Positions 9,894-20,023 are shown, numbered from the stretch's first letter. The stretch: 64,000 nucleotides of DNA from Candidatus Poribacteria bacterium (GCA_965205015.1 OZ242029.1:3104001-3168000), one strand, 5' to 3'. A program made the numbers and translations. Notes: a model not told the origin generated them from the sequence alone.

Positions 9894-11039
9894 ATGTCAA
9901 AAACAATTCAATGTGTAGTTGTCTGCTTGGTTTTATGCATGAGCGTTGGCATTGCATTCAGCCAAGGGCTTTCGCCACCCGCAAATGTCACGGCGGTAGA
10001 TACACCCAACGACGATGGCAGCAGCGTCACGATTCGCTGGGATGCTGCACCAGAAGGTAGCGGTATCAGCGGGTATCAAATCCTACGCCGGATTGCCGGG
10101 GGTGGTCTTGAAGAAATTGGCGAGATGTTATCTGCTGGAACAACCTCCTATGTTGATGCCTCTATCGAAAAAGGGAACGCTTACGCCTATATCGTGCGTG
10201 CCGTGAGCGACACAGAGGCAACGGTGGATTCTGGGGAGACCGCACCCGTTAGAGGGACGGGTGAATGGTTTCATACGGGTAGGATCCCGCTATTTGTCGC
10301 CATGTTTCTTTTTGGTGCCGCAGTTGTTTGGAACATCTATGATGCGAGAAGTGGTAAAGATATATTTGTCCGGCGCATTCCTGGGCTTGAGGCGGTCGAT
10401 GAAGCCATCGGTAGAGCCACAGAGATGGGACGCTCGATCCTCTACGTACTCGGATTAGGAGGCGTGAGCGGTACTGCCACTATTGCGAGTATGACGATTC
10501 TCGGGCAGGTAGCACGGAGAACAGCGGATTATGAAACGCCCCTGCGTGTACCGTGCCGAGACCCGATTGTGATGAGTGTGGTGCGTGAGATGGTGAAAGC
10601 CTCCTATCTTGATGAGGGACGTCCGGATGCCTACAATGAAGAAAATATTTTCTACCTCACTTCTGGTCAGTTCGCTTACGCGGCAGGCGTAGACGGAATG
10701 ATGATACGTGAGAAGCCGGCGGCAGTATTTCTACAAGGCACGTTTTACGCAGAATCGCTCATCCTTGCCGAGACCGGTAATTCTATCGGCGCGATTCAGA
10801 TTGCGGGGACGGATTCTGAGCATCAACTTCCCTTCCTAATCACAGCGTGTGATTATACCTTGATCGGCGAAGAACTTTATGCTGCAAGTACTTATTTGTC
10901 GAGGGAACCGATGCTACTCGGAAGCCTGAGGGGCCAAGACTGGGGAAAAGTCCTTATTTTCGCTATGATTGTGCTGGGCGTGGTTCTTGAACTATCTGGT
11001 GTCAGTTGGATCACAACACTCTTACAGCGGGTGGGTTAG
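9894..11039 (+). CDS. Signal peptide + fibronectin type III + TM + DUF6754-like domain protein
   Basis: PPANVTAVDTPNDDGSSVTIRW...YAYIVRAV (FN3); RRIPGLEAVDEAIGRATEMGR; IGEELYAASTYLS. Confidence 0.8.
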   Translation: MSKTIQCVVVCLVLCMSVGIAFSQGLSPPANVTAVDTPNDDGSSVTIRWDAAPEGSGISGYQILRRIAGGGLEEIGEMLSAGTTSYVDASIEKGNAYAYIVRAVSDTEATVDSGETAPVRGTGEWFHTGRIPLFVAMFLFGAAVVWNIYDARSGKDIFVRRIPGLEAVDEAIGRATEMGRSILYVLGLGGVSGTATIASMTILGQVARRTADYETPLRVPCRDPIVMSVVREMVKASYLDEGRPDAYNEENIFYLTSGQFAYAAGVDGMMIREKPAAVFLQGTFYAESLILAETGNSIGAIQIAGTDSEHQLPFLITACDYTLIGEELYAASTYLSREPMLLGSLRGQDWGKVLIFAMIVLGVVLELSGVSWITTLLQRVG

Positions 11040-11047
11040 GAGGTATT

Positions 11048-11698
11048 ATGCGACGACAAGTTCCCTTAATTCTCTGCTTTGTTTTTGGGGTCGTGATGAT
11101 GCTGACGCAGTTTAGTCCGCATTCCTTCTCGCAAGGTGTCTACGAAGAAGTGCTCAGTTGGACCCTGATTATTTTACCGTTTATGCTGGTATTAGGCACC
11201 GTGACACTCATCCAAACCCATGTGGCGCGTATTCGCCGCCGGGCTGAACATTGGCAGTACAGTTTTCTTATATTTGCGGGGATCCTCCTGATGGTAGTCA
11301 TCGGGATTCCGTTTGGACCCCAACACCCGATCTTCATGTGGTTATTCAATAACGTCCAGGTCCCTATGGATGCGACGATGTTTTCCCTCCTGGCTTTCTT
11401 CATTGCCTCAGCGGCGTACCGTGCCTTCCGCGCCCGAACGTTTGAAGCGAGTCTACTTCTTGTTACAGCCCTGATTGTGATGATGGGAAATGTGCCGATC
11501 GGAGATCTCTTTTGGAATACGGTTCTATCCGGGTTACCTTGGGACAACGGTCTCTCAGGTACGAAACAGTGGATTTTAGATAACCCGAATCTATCTGCGA
11601 GACGGGGGATCATCCTCGGCGTCAGTTTGGGCGCGATATCGCAATCTATACGAATTCTTTTGGGAATTGAGCGGTCCTATCTGGGGGGAGGAGATTAG
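11048..11698 (+). CDS. Uncharacterised multi-pass membrane protein
   Basis: GGAGG RBS; about 6 hydrophobic segments; ATMFSLLAFFIASAAYRAFRAR; ILLGIERSYLG. Confidence 0.85.
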   Translation: MRRQVPLILCFVFGVVMMLTQFSPHSFSQGVYEEVLSWTLIILPFMLVLGTVTLIQTHVARIRRRAEHWQYSFLIFAGILLMVVIGIPFGPQHPIFMWLFNNVQVPMDATMFSLLAFFIASAAYRAFRARTFEASLLLVTALIVMMGNVPIGDLFWNTVLSGLPWDNGLSGTKQWILDNPNLSARRGIILGVSLGAISQSIRILLGIERSYLGGGD

Positions 11699-11700
11699 AA

Positions 11701-12516
11701 ATGCTTGAAAAATTTATGAACATTGACCGGCGAATTATCTTCGTTTTGGTCGCATTGGCGGTCATTATTCCGACGTTGTTACCCATCAATTTGCCCGTCT
11801 CGGTATCTGCCCCGACGCGACAACTCCACGATTATGTCGATGCCCTCCCCGCAGGATCGAGGATCATGCTCGCATTTGACTATGGTCCTGCCTCTTTAGC
11901 GGAGCTCAATCCGATGGCAAAGGCGCTCCTGAAACAGTGTTTTGATAAAGATATCGGCGTCATCGGGATCACGCTCTCACCAGAAGGCACGGCGATGGGA
12001 AGCACACTAATACAGGAGATAGCGGATGAAACCGGGGCGATAGATGGTGAAGATTATGTGTTTCTGGGTTACCGTCCCGGTGACGAACTGGTTATCCTCG
12101 GCATGGGAACCGAAATCGCCAGTGTGTTTGAGACAGATTACAATGGGAAACCCTTGGCAGATATTCCGGTGATGGCGAACGTTACCAACTACGACCAAAT
12201 CAGTCTCCTTATTGACTTGGCTTCTGGAAGTACAACGGAAGTATGGATTACTTATGCGAACGTGCGTTACAATCTCCAAATTGCTGCTGGTGTCACCGGT
12301 GTCATTATCTCACAGATGTATCCGTACCTGCAAACCGGGCAATTGATCGGTCTGATTTCTGGGATCGCAGGTGCGGCTGAATATGAAAGCCTGCTGGATG
12401 CCCCAGCGAAAGGGATGCTGTGGATCAATATTGAATCCTTTGTGCATCTGTTGATTGCCGGTTTGGTGGTACTTGGGAATATTGCTTTCTTTGTCCAACG
12501 GCGAAAAGAGGAGTAA
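11701..12516 (+). CDS. Uncharacterised membrane protein (TM, soluble alpha/beta domain, TM)
   Basis: Starts 2 nt after the previous stop; DYVFLGY, PYLQTGQLIGLISGIAGAAEYE. Confidence 0.85.
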   Translation: MLEKFMNIDRRIIFVLVALAVIIPTLLPINLPVSVSAPTRQLHDYVDALPAGSRIMLAFDYGPASLAELNPMAKALLKQCFDKDIGVIGITLSPEGTAMGSTLIQEIADETGAIDGEDYVFLGYRPGDELVILGMGTEIASVFETDYNGKPLADIPVMANVTNYDQISLLIDLASGSTTEVWITYANVRYNLQIAAGVTGVIISQMYPYLQTGQLIGLISGIAGAAEYESLLDAPAKGMLWINIESFVHLLIAGLVVLGNIAFFVQRRKEE

Positions 12517-12520
12517 ATTG

Positions 12521-13171
12521 ATGGAAGTTTTTGGCATTTGGGTTGCAGCGTTTTTGACGCTTTGTATCTATAGTTTTCTTTATCGTGATAACCCATTTTA
12601 TCGGTTTGCGGAGTACCTCTTCGTAGGTGTATCGGTTGGGTACATATTCGTACTCACGACGCATCAAGGTTTTATTCCGTTGGCATGGAAACCCTTTTGG
12701 GCAGCTGTAACCGGGGAATCGCTCGTCGGGTTAATCAAACTGATTCCGATCTGCATCGGGTTACTCTTCTTTACGCGCTTTTCTCCACAACATGAGTGGT
12801 TGGTTCGTTATCCTATCGCTATTCTCATCGGTGCCAGTTCAGGACTTGCAATTCCGAATGTGTTACGCGCACATATTTTTGAGCAAACACGCGGAACAAT
12901 CGAACCCTTCGCGGCGATTCATGCAGGAACACTCTCTGCTGGTGAAATTTTTGGTGCGATCCTCATGGTGATTGGTGTTATCTGTACGCTCACTTACTTC
13001 TTCTTTTCTGTGGAGCATCGCGGCGTCGTCGGTGGACTCTCAAAGGTCGGTATCGCCTTTCTCATGATAGGGTTCGGTTCCGCATTCGGGAACACCGTTA
13101 TGGGACGTGTCGCGCTTTTGATTCAACGCGTCGATTTCCTCCTCAACGATTGGCTCGGCACAATTTTTTGA
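12521..13171 (+). CDS. Uncharacterised multi-pass membrane protein
   Basis: YSFLYRDNPFYRFAEYLFVGVSVG, LTYFFFS, FGSAFGNTVMGR. Confidence 0.85.
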   Translation: MEVFGIWVAAFLTLCIYSFLYRDNPFYRFAEYLFVGVSVGYIFVLTTHQGFIPLAWKPFWAAVTGESLVGLIKLIPICIGLLFFTRFSPQHEWLVRYPIAILIGASSGLAIPNVLRAHIFEQTRGTIEPFAAIHAGTLSAGEIFGAILMVIGVICTLTYFFFSVEHRGVVGGLSKVGIAFLMIGFGSAFGNTVMGRVALLIQRVDFLLNDWLGTIF

Positions 13172-13392
13172 CGTTTCTAACTATTAAGTTTCGGTTTTCT
13201 TGTGCTCTAAGTGTAAAGCAAAGACAAATTATGCCATTTTGAGTGAGATGGTTAGGATACCACAATCTGGGTTTAGAGAGTGGCCCGAATTTCCGATGGC
13301 AGTACAACCTGTTCTCTATGTTTTTAATCAGGGTGAATTAAGGTAATTTGTAAACCTTTATACTATTTGTTGCGTCACAATTGATAAAATGC

Positions 13393-13420
13393 TTGACAAA
13401 AAGTCTGAATAAACTAAAAT
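13393..13420 (+). promoter_or_regulatory. Sigma-70-type promoter
   Basis: TTGACA-16-TAAAAT. Confidence 0.55.
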
Positions 13421-13452
13421 TACACTCGAATTAACCAAATTGGAGATTTATC

Positions 13453-13680
13453 ATGGCACAAAGGAGAATGTCCATAGAGGAAATGATGCTGAAATATCCC
13501 GATCAGTGGTTGTTTATTACTGATTGTGAAGTCAGCGAAAATACTGAGCTAATATCGGGTGTCGTATTAGTGAACAGCCCATCCAGAGATGAGGTCTGTA
13601 AAGCCCTTACAAATCATAAGGGCGGATCCGCAATACGGTATACTGGGACGCTTCCAGAAGGGATGGCTTACTTACTCTAA
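13453..13680 (+). CDS. Small protein (DUF5678-like) paired with a retropepsin-like gene
   Basis: GGAG RBS; KYPDQWL..GVVLVNSPSRDEV..YTG pattern. Confidence 0.7.
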   Translation: MAQRRMSIEEMMLKYPDQWLFITDCEVSENTELISGVVLVNSPSRDEVCKALTNHKGGSAIRYTGTLPEGMAYLL

Positions 13681-13865
13681 TGGGACATACTCGTTTTGAT
13701 GGAAATGGTTCATCCATAAAACTAAACTTGGTAGTAAGCAGTATGGATTTAACTTCCTATACTAATGTTTTAGTGGCGTTAGATACTGGAGCTTGTGTTA
13801 CATCTATACCGACGTATATCGCTGAGGCTTTAGGTTATGACCTTTCCGATGATTGTAGCGAATAA
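13680..13865 (+). pseudogene. Truncated retropepsin-like aspartic protease
   Basis: ALDTGACVTSIP..AEALGY motif; only 61 aa, lacks the C-terminal xLGxD motif. Confidence 0.65.
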
Positions 13866-13875
13866 AAAAGAAAGA

Positions 13876-13915
13876 AAAAATTTGGCTGCCTTAGCAATAA
13901 GGTAGCCAAATTTTT
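13876..13915. terminator. Bidirectional intrinsic terminator
   Basis: AAAAATTTGGCTGCCTTA-gcaa-TAAGGTAGCCAAATTTTT. Confidence 0.8.
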
Positions 13916-13975
13916 ATCCGGACCCGCTTGCCTTATACATTACCCATGACGTTTAACCGCAAGGAAAATTAAAAA

Positions 13976-14818
13976 ATGAAAATTGGATATAGCACATGGG
14001 GCATGCCCACCGTCCCGATAGACACAGCACTTTCCCATCTCGCGAGCCTCGGATACGATGGTGTTGAACTCACCATCATTCCACGCTTTACCACCGAACT
14101 CAGCACGCTTGACGCTGCAGAACGAAAACGAATTGCATCCCTGTTCCAAGGGCATAACTTGGCACTCCCCGCCATTGCGGCACATTCCAGTCTGTTGGAG
14201 ATGGATCCAGAGACCCATTCGAAAAATATGTGGCGACTGAAAGGCGGTGTTGATTTGGCAGTTGAACTCGCACAGGGGGACGAACTGCCCGCTGTCAATA
14301 CGACGCCGGGGGGAAAGCCAGAAGAATGGGAGTTTAAGAAGGATTTCCTCGCAGAACGCGTGGGGGAACTCGTCGATTACGGGGCATCGCGCGGGGTTAC
14401 CATCGCGATGGAACCGCATGTCGGTGCGATCATTGATACACCTGCGAAGGTGCTTGAACTCTTAGAAATCGTCAATTCGCCGTATCTCAAAGTTAACTTC
14501 GACATCAGTCATTTCGATATTATCGGTATGTCGACAGAGGAAACGGTGTCGGCGTTAGCACCGGTATCGGCACATACACACGTCAAGGACCAGCGCGGCA
14601 CTGCCCCCGACCACGAGTTCCTCATCCCCGGCGAAGGTCCTTTCGATTACGTTGACTACCTCAAGCGGATGCAGGCACACGGTTATGACGGATTCATCAC
14701 TGCCGAAGTGAGTTTCATGGTGCAGGCACGTGAGGACTACGATCCGCTCGCCGCCGCGACACTCTCTTACGAAACATTAGCGAACGCTTTTGAAGAAGCC
14801 GGAATTGAACGAGGATAA
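13976..14818 (+). CDS. Sugar phosphate isomerase/epimerase (xylose isomerase-like TIM barrel)
   Basis: GYDGVEL, MEPH, NFDISH, HTHVKD, GYDGFITAE. Confidence 0.9.
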   Translation: MKIGYSTWGMPTVPIDTALSHLASLGYDGVELTIIPRFTTELSTLDAAERKRIASLFQGHNLALPAIAAHSSLLEMDPETHSKNMWRLKGGVDLAVELAQGDELPAVNTTPGGKPEEWEFKKDFLAERVGELVDYGASRGVTIAMEPHVGAIIDTPAKVLELLEIVNSPYLKVNFDISHFDIIGMSTEETVSALAPVSAHTHVKDQRGTAPDHEFLIPGEGPFDYVDYLKRMQAHGYDGFITAEVSFMVQAREDYDPLAAATLSYETLANAFEEAGIERG

Positions 14819-14820
14819 CG

Positions 14821-16221
14821 ATGGAAACCACCCCGAACATCCTTTTTCTGATGACAGACCAACAGCGATGGGACGCTATGGGATGTAGTGGCGATTGGGT
14901 GCAAACCCCACATCTGGATCGGATTGCAAGTGAAGGTATCCGATTCACGAACTGCGTCACCACATCGCCCGTCTGTATCCCGACGCGACTCAGTCTGGCG
15001 ACAGGTTTATATCCGCATAACACCCATGTCTGGAACAACATGAATCACCAGATGCCTGCCGAGACGCCGACATGGATGCAAGCCGTGCGTGATGCTGGGT
15101 ATCGGACGAGTCTTTTCGGTAAAACACACCTGCATCCACACAACGGTGACTTGCGCGAACGCGAAGACTTAATGAACGCCTACGGGTTAGACGACGTGAA
15201 CGAAATCGGTGGACCGCGGGCGAGCGCGAATGTCTTATCTCACATGACGGCGATGTGGGAAGAAAAAGGGGTGTGGGAGGCGTATCGCGCCGATTACCGT
15301 GAACGGTTCAGCACGAAACCGCATCTCGTCCGTCCATCAACCTTAGGACTTGAGGATTACGCCGATGTCTATGTCGGACAACAGACAAAGCAATACCTCC
15401 AGAACTATGAACGGGCGGAACCTTGGTGCTGTTGGGTGAGTTTCGGGGGACCGCATGAACCGTGGGACACACCTGAACCTTACGCCAGCATGTATAACCC
15501 TGAAGACATGCCGCCAGCAATTCCGCGTCCATTTATGGAAAGGCGTCCGACAGGACATTTGGATAGGCTCATGCAACGGGTAAACCCGACGTTTGAGCCC
15601 GGTGAAGTCGGGAGACTCCGAGCGAATTACGCTGGCAACGTGACGCTCATCGATGATCAGATCGGTGAGATCCTCAACACAGTCGAGGCACGCGGTGAAC
15701 TTGAAAACACAATCATCGTTCACACCTCCGACCATGGAGAAATGAACGGCGACTATGGGATCATCTATAAGAGTAACTTCCTCAACGGCGCGGTTCGGAT
15801 TCCGCTACTCGTGCGAACGCCTGATACATCGGGGTTACAAACCCCTCCCACGGGAACAATTTGTGAAAGTCCAGTGGAATGGATCGACATCGGGCCAACG
15901 CTCGTTGAATTGGCGGGAGGCGAATTGGAGCATCGTCAATTCGGGAAATCGTTGTGTCCCGTGCTAACGCAACCCGAAGCGATGCACCGTGATTTCGCAA
16001 TTTCGGAGATAGAGGGCGAGATTATGCTCCTCAATCGCGAGTGGAAGATCGCGCTCAACGCCAACGGTGAGGCTTACCTCTTATTTGATGTGCAAAACGA
16101 TCCGAATGAGATACAGAACCTCGCCGGTAGACCTGAAGTTGCGGATATTGAAACGGCGTTGCGCCTGCAAATTTTGGAGTGGCTTGTGCAAACGCAACTG
16201 GATGCACCGTTTCGTGAATAA
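14821..16221 (+). CDS. Sulfatase
   Basis: PNILFLMTDQQR, CIPTR (CxPxR), GKTH, TSDHGEM. Confidence 0.95.
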   Translation: METTPNILFLMTDQQRWDAMGCSGDWVQTPHLDRIASEGIRFTNCVTTSPVCIPTRLSLATGLYPHNTHVWNNMNHQMPAETPTWMQAVRDAGYRTSLFGKTHLHPHNGDLREREDLMNAYGLDDVNEIGGPRASANVLSHMTAMWEEKGVWEAYRADYRERFSTKPHLVRPSTLGLEDYADVYVGQQTKQYLQNYERAEPWCCWVSFGGPHEPWDTPEPYASMYNPEDMPPAIPRPFMERRPTGHLDRLMQRVNPTFEPGEVGRLRANYAGNVTLIDDQIGEILNTVEARGELENTIIVHTSDHGEMNGDYGIIYKSNFLNGAVRIPLLVRTPDTSGLQTPPTGTICESPVEWIDIGPTLVELAGGELEHRQFGKSLCPVLTQPEAMHRDFAISEIEGEIMLLNREWKIALNANGEAYLLFDVQNDPNEIQNLAGRPEVADIETALRLQILEWLVQTQLDAPFRE

Positions 16222-16293
16222 AAAGCGTCCTCAAATTTGCCGCTGAGGGCCCAATACGGAAGAGCGACGACCGAAACCGCCCTTTCAAACAGA

Positions 16294-18057
16294 CTATCCT
16301 TCCGGTTGTTCCTTAAAGCGGTGTGCTTCACTTACAAGGTTGAGCAACTCTTCGTTCCTCACACTGTGTTCCCGAGTTTTCGCATCAAGGTCCGGTAAGA
16401 CCCCTTCAAGCGTTTCACGGACAATTTCTAAGCTTCCCTCTTGTGCCCAGAAACTGCCTCGTAGGATTTCGGCGAACTCGGCAACAGAAGCAGCCAATTG
16501 GAACGTAGGTGTTGTCTCTTCAAATGAACCCTTCAGCGCATCTGTAGAGATCGACGTGTTAACCTCTGTTACGTTCCCTGTGTCCGGATCTTCGTGCCGG
16601 ATAGAAACTGTAGCGAGTTTACCGACTGCATTTTTGTGGAGTTTAATCTCATAAAGTGCAGTGACGCTATGCCCTGCCCCAACTTCGCCAGCATCTACGG
16701 TGTCATCACGGAAGTCTTCATGCGCGAGTCGCCGGTTTTCATACCCCAGCAGCCGAAACCGACTGACAGTTTCTGGGTTAAACTCGACCTGAATTTTGGC
16801 ATCTTTCGCAATGACTTGCAGTGTGCCAGTCAGATTCTCTACAAAGACCCGCTTCGCCTCGTTCAGCGTATCGACATAAGCATAACTCCCATTTCCGTTG
16901 TTTGCGAGTTGCTCCATAAGGATATCGTTGTAATTCCCCATCCCAAAACCGACCGTCGTCAGCGTTACGCCTTCCTGAACGTAGGTACGAATTTCTTTGA
17001 GGATCGCATCGGAACTGGTTTGTCCGACGTTAGCAACACCATCAGAACACAAAATCACGCGATTGATGCAATTGGGTTCTGAATTCTGGAGAGCAAGTTT
17101 ATATCCCATCTGCAGCCCTGCCTCTGCATTCGTTGCGCCTTCTGGTGTGAGGGCACGGATTGTGGTTAAGATGTGTTCCTGATTCACTATGCCGGTATGC
17201 GGCAGAACGACTCGAGCATTGGAACCGTAAACGACGATACCTACCTTGTCTTCGGGACGGAGTTGCCCGACCAAGAGGGTTAACGCTCGTTTTACCAACT
17301 CCAACCGATTTTCCTTATGCATTGAGCCGGAGACATCAATGACAAAGGTAAGTATCGCATCCTTTCGATCGGTATCAGGAATAACGCGACCTTGGATGCC
17401 GATTCGCAGCAATTGCAGTCGCTTCCCTTCGCCAAATTTTGAAGGCGCGCCTTCCAGATGAACAGCGAATGCCTCGTTTGCTGGCGGCGTATAATTGTAA
17501 TCAAATGCGTTAACAAATTCTTCAACGCGTATCGCTTCCGATGGTGGCAAAAGCCCCTCTTGGAGGAAACGTCGAGCGACGGTATATGAAGCGGTATCTA
17601 CATCCATACCAAATGTTGAAAACGGATCGTCCTCTGTATCAATGAAGGGATTGGTGCCAGCATTTTTAAAGAAGACATCGGGATAGGCAGCACCGTTTGG
17701 TGGGTTTAATATCCACGGTGTATGTAATGCCTCTGTTTGTTGTGAGCGCGGGGTGCTACTCGCTACACTGGGAATCTTCGGATGGGGCGCGTGCAATCCG
17801 GCCATCGGACGGGGTTGTACCGCAACCTGTTCTACGACAACAGAATCCGCTATAGGGACAGTCGGTTTTATGACAGGTTTGACAACCTGCTTGCGTACCT
17901 TCGGTTTCGGTGGCTCTTTAGCCAGAAGTACTTCTGCTCCGATAAGGTCTTTGAATTGCTGATCTTGTGCTATGAAATGGAAACCGGCAATAATAGCAAT
18001 AACGACGTGGCACACGACTGAGATCACAAATGCGCTTGAGAGTTTTTTGAGACGCAT
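16294..18057 (-). CDS. YfbK-like von Willebrand factor A domain protein with N-terminal TM anchor
   Basis: STFGMDVDTASY, DVSGSM MIDAS motif, RLLGYENR, DAGEVGAGHSVTALYE; GGAGG RBS. Confidence 0.9.
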   Translation of the reverse strand: MRLKKLSSAFVISVVCHVVIAIIAGFHFIAQDQQFKDLIGAEVLLAKEPPKPKVRKQVVKPVIKPTVPIADSVVVEQVAVQPRPMAGLHAPHPKIPSVASSTPRSQQTEALHTPWILNPPNGAAYPDVFFKNAGTNPFIDTEDDPFSTFGMDVDTASYTVARRFLQEGLLPPSEAIRVEEFVNAFDYNYTPPANEAFAVHLEGAPSKFGEGKRLQLLRIGIQGRVIPDTDRKDAILTFVIDVSGSMHKENRLELVKRALTLLVGQLRPEDKVGIVVYGSNARVVLPHTGIVNQEHILTTIRALTPEGATNAEAGLQMGYKLALQNSEPNCINRVILCSDGVANVGQTSSDAILKEIRTYVQEGVTLTTVGFGMGNYNDILMEQLANNGNGSYAYVDTLNEAKRVFVENLTGTLQVIAKDAKIQVEFNPETVSRFRLLGYENRRLAHEDFRDDTVDAGEVGAGHSVTALYEIKLHKNAVGKLATVSIRHEDPDTGNVTEVNTSISTDALKGSFEETTPTFQLAASVAEFAEILRGSFWAQEGSLEIVRETLEGVLPDLDAKTREHSVRNEELLNLVSEAHRFKEQPEG

Positions 18058-18128
18058 CGTCCTATACCTCCAAAAGTTTTTATTCTCGTTTGAATGTTCA
18101 CTACATTCTACAAACTTTATAAGGTATG

Positions 18129-18144
18129 AGCAATTTACGTGCCA
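18129..18144 (-). promoter_or_regulatory. Sigma-54 -24/-12 promoter for the vWA gene
   Basis: Minus strand TGGCACGTAAATTGCT matches TGGCAC-N5-TTGC. Confidence 0.85.
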
Positions 18145-18257
18145 TGCCCAGAAATGCCCGATACAGGTAATTTCCGAGTGGCACAACCGTGAATTGCCCG
18201 AAATTGTGCAAACGGATGCGTGCATTGCACAAAATAGGACAGGCAGGAATCAATGGA

Positions 18258-18971
18258 TTAGGCTCTCCCATAAACCGGGATCGCGGCACCGTTGATGACG
18301 GCTGCGTCATCGGAAGTCAGGAAACATATCACCTTGGCGACATCGGCAGGTGCTACCCACCGGTCGTGTTCCTCGTCCGGCATAGATTCCCGATTCGCGG
18401 GGGTATCCATCACGCTTGGCATAATGGCGTTGACGTTTACTCCCGAATCCATCACCTCAGCAGCCAACGACTCGGTCAAGGTGCGGACGCCGCCTTTAGA
18501 GACACAATAAGCACTCAATCCCGCCTCACCTTTTAATCCAGCGCGTGCAGAGACGTTGATAATCTTGCCAGAGCCGCGTTCTGTCATGTGCGGTATGACT
18601 GTTTTGCAACACAGAAACACCGATTTGAGGTTAAGGTTCATCATGAAGTCCCATCGGCTCTCTTCAAGTTCTGCGGTGGGGATTCCACCGACAAACCCGC
18701 CAACGATGTTCACCAAGATGTCAAGATGACCGAATTTGGATAAGAATTCCTCAACGGTCTTCTGGACCTCGGCTTCCTCGGTGACGTTCGCAAAGAGGAA
18801 GGTAACGTCTTCAAAGATATCCGGATTGAACTCTTTGAAACGTTCCACTTCGTCTTCAAACAGGTACGTGACAGCGACGGTGTCGCCTTGGGCGAGATAG
18901 GCTTTGGTGACGGCACTCCCTAATATGCCTGTGCCGCCGGTAATGAGGACATTTCGGTTCTGTTTTGTCAT
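18258..18971 (-). CDS. SDR family oxidoreductase
   Basis: ITGGTGILG, YCVSK, NAIMPS. Confidence 0.93.
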   Translation of the reverse strand: MTKQNRNVLITGGTGILGSAVTKAYLAQGDTVAVTYLFEDEVERFKEFNPDIFEDVTFLFANVTEEAEVQKTVEEFLSKFGHLDILVNIVGGFVGGIPTAELEESRWDFMMNLNLKSVFLCCKTVIPHMTERGSGKIINVSARAGLKGEAGLSAYCVSKGGVRTLTESLAAEVMDSGVNVNAIMPSVMDTPANRESMPDEEHDRWVAPADVAKVICFLTSDDAAVINGAAIPVYGRA

Positions 18972-19027
18972 TTTTAAATTCTCCGTTTGTTTTAGTAGTT
19001 GTGTGTATAACTGTGAGTGAGAATGTT

Positions 19028-20023
19028 TCACATAACCCCGATGCCGGGTCGGTTTGGTAGTATCAATTGACCCTTATCAAGGGTAACACCGGTGTGGGGA
19101 TCGTTCGCAATGAGCAGATGGCCATCCAGATCGGCATAGTCTACGAGAGGCGTCAGGTGTGCGGCGGCGGTGATACCGAGCGAACTCTCTATCATGCAAC
19201 CGATCATGACGAGTAAGCCGTGTGCGCGTGCAACGTTTATCATGCGATGCGCCTCAAGCAACCCACCACACTTGACGAGTTTGATATTGATGCCATCAAC
19301 ACACGCAGCAAGAACCGGAATATCACTTGCGCGTTTGACGCTTTCATCGGCAATAATCGGCAGTTCCGAGTGTTCTCGGACGAACTTGAGTCCGGTGAGA
19401 TCATTGGGTTGTGTGGGTTGCTCGACTAATTCTACACCATACTTGGCAAGTTCGCGAATCTTGCGGACGGCCTCCTTTGGTGTCCACGCCGTATTGGCAT
19501 CTACATAGATAGGTTTATCCGTGACCTCGCGGAGTTTCTGAATTATCTCAATATCTTGCGGTGTCCCGAGTTTGACTTTCAGGATCGGATACGCTTCGGT
19601 ATGTCGTGTCTTCTCTGCCATTATCTCAGGCGCATCCAGTCCAATGGTAAACGATGTACAAGGGGTCTGATGCGGATTGAGCCCCCAGAGTTGATAGAGC
19701 GGAACGCCAAGTTTTTTACCGAGTCGATCGTGGAGTGCCATATCAATAGCGGACTTCGCTGCGTAATTGCCGCCGAGCGTCGCTTCAACGATCCCCATCA
19801 CATCGTGGATTGCATCCAGGTCCTTGGGAAGTGCCGGTGCGACAATCTCCAGCGCAGCGCTAACTGTTTGGACGGTTTCGCCGTAAAACCGAGCGGGTGC
19901 CGTTTCACCGATGCCACCATCAATCTCTACAGAAATCACCTGTCGGGACGCATCTATCGCACGCCGCGCAATCTTGAACGGGTGCTGGAGCTGTAAATTT
20001 GTGATGTTAGAGACAATGTTCAT
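19028..20023 (-). CDS. Dipeptide epimerase (L-Ala-D/L-Glu epimerase family)
   Basis: KVKLG, VDAN, EQP, ADES, NIKLVKCGG, DLDG. Confidence 0.92.
   Translation of the reverse strand: MNIVSNITNLQLQHPFKIARRAIDASRQVISVEIDGGIGETAPARFYGETVQTVSAALEIVAPALPKDLDAIHDVMGIVEATLGGNYAAKSAIDMALHDRLGKKLGVPLYQLWGLNPHQTPCTSFTIGLDAPEIMAEKTRHTEAYPILKVKLGTPQDIEIIQKLREVTDKPIYVDANTAWTPKEAVRKIRELAKYGVELVEQPTQPNDLTGLKFVREHSELPIIADESVKRASDIPVLAACVDGINIKLVKCGGLLEAHRMINVARAHGLLVMIGCMIESSLGITAAAHLTPLVDYADLDGHLLIANDPHTGVTLDKGQLILPNRPGIGVM

Noticed and set aside
18058-18225. 56-aa extension of the vWA ORF
   Set aside because: Overlaps the sigma-54 promoter; the RBS supports ATG 18057
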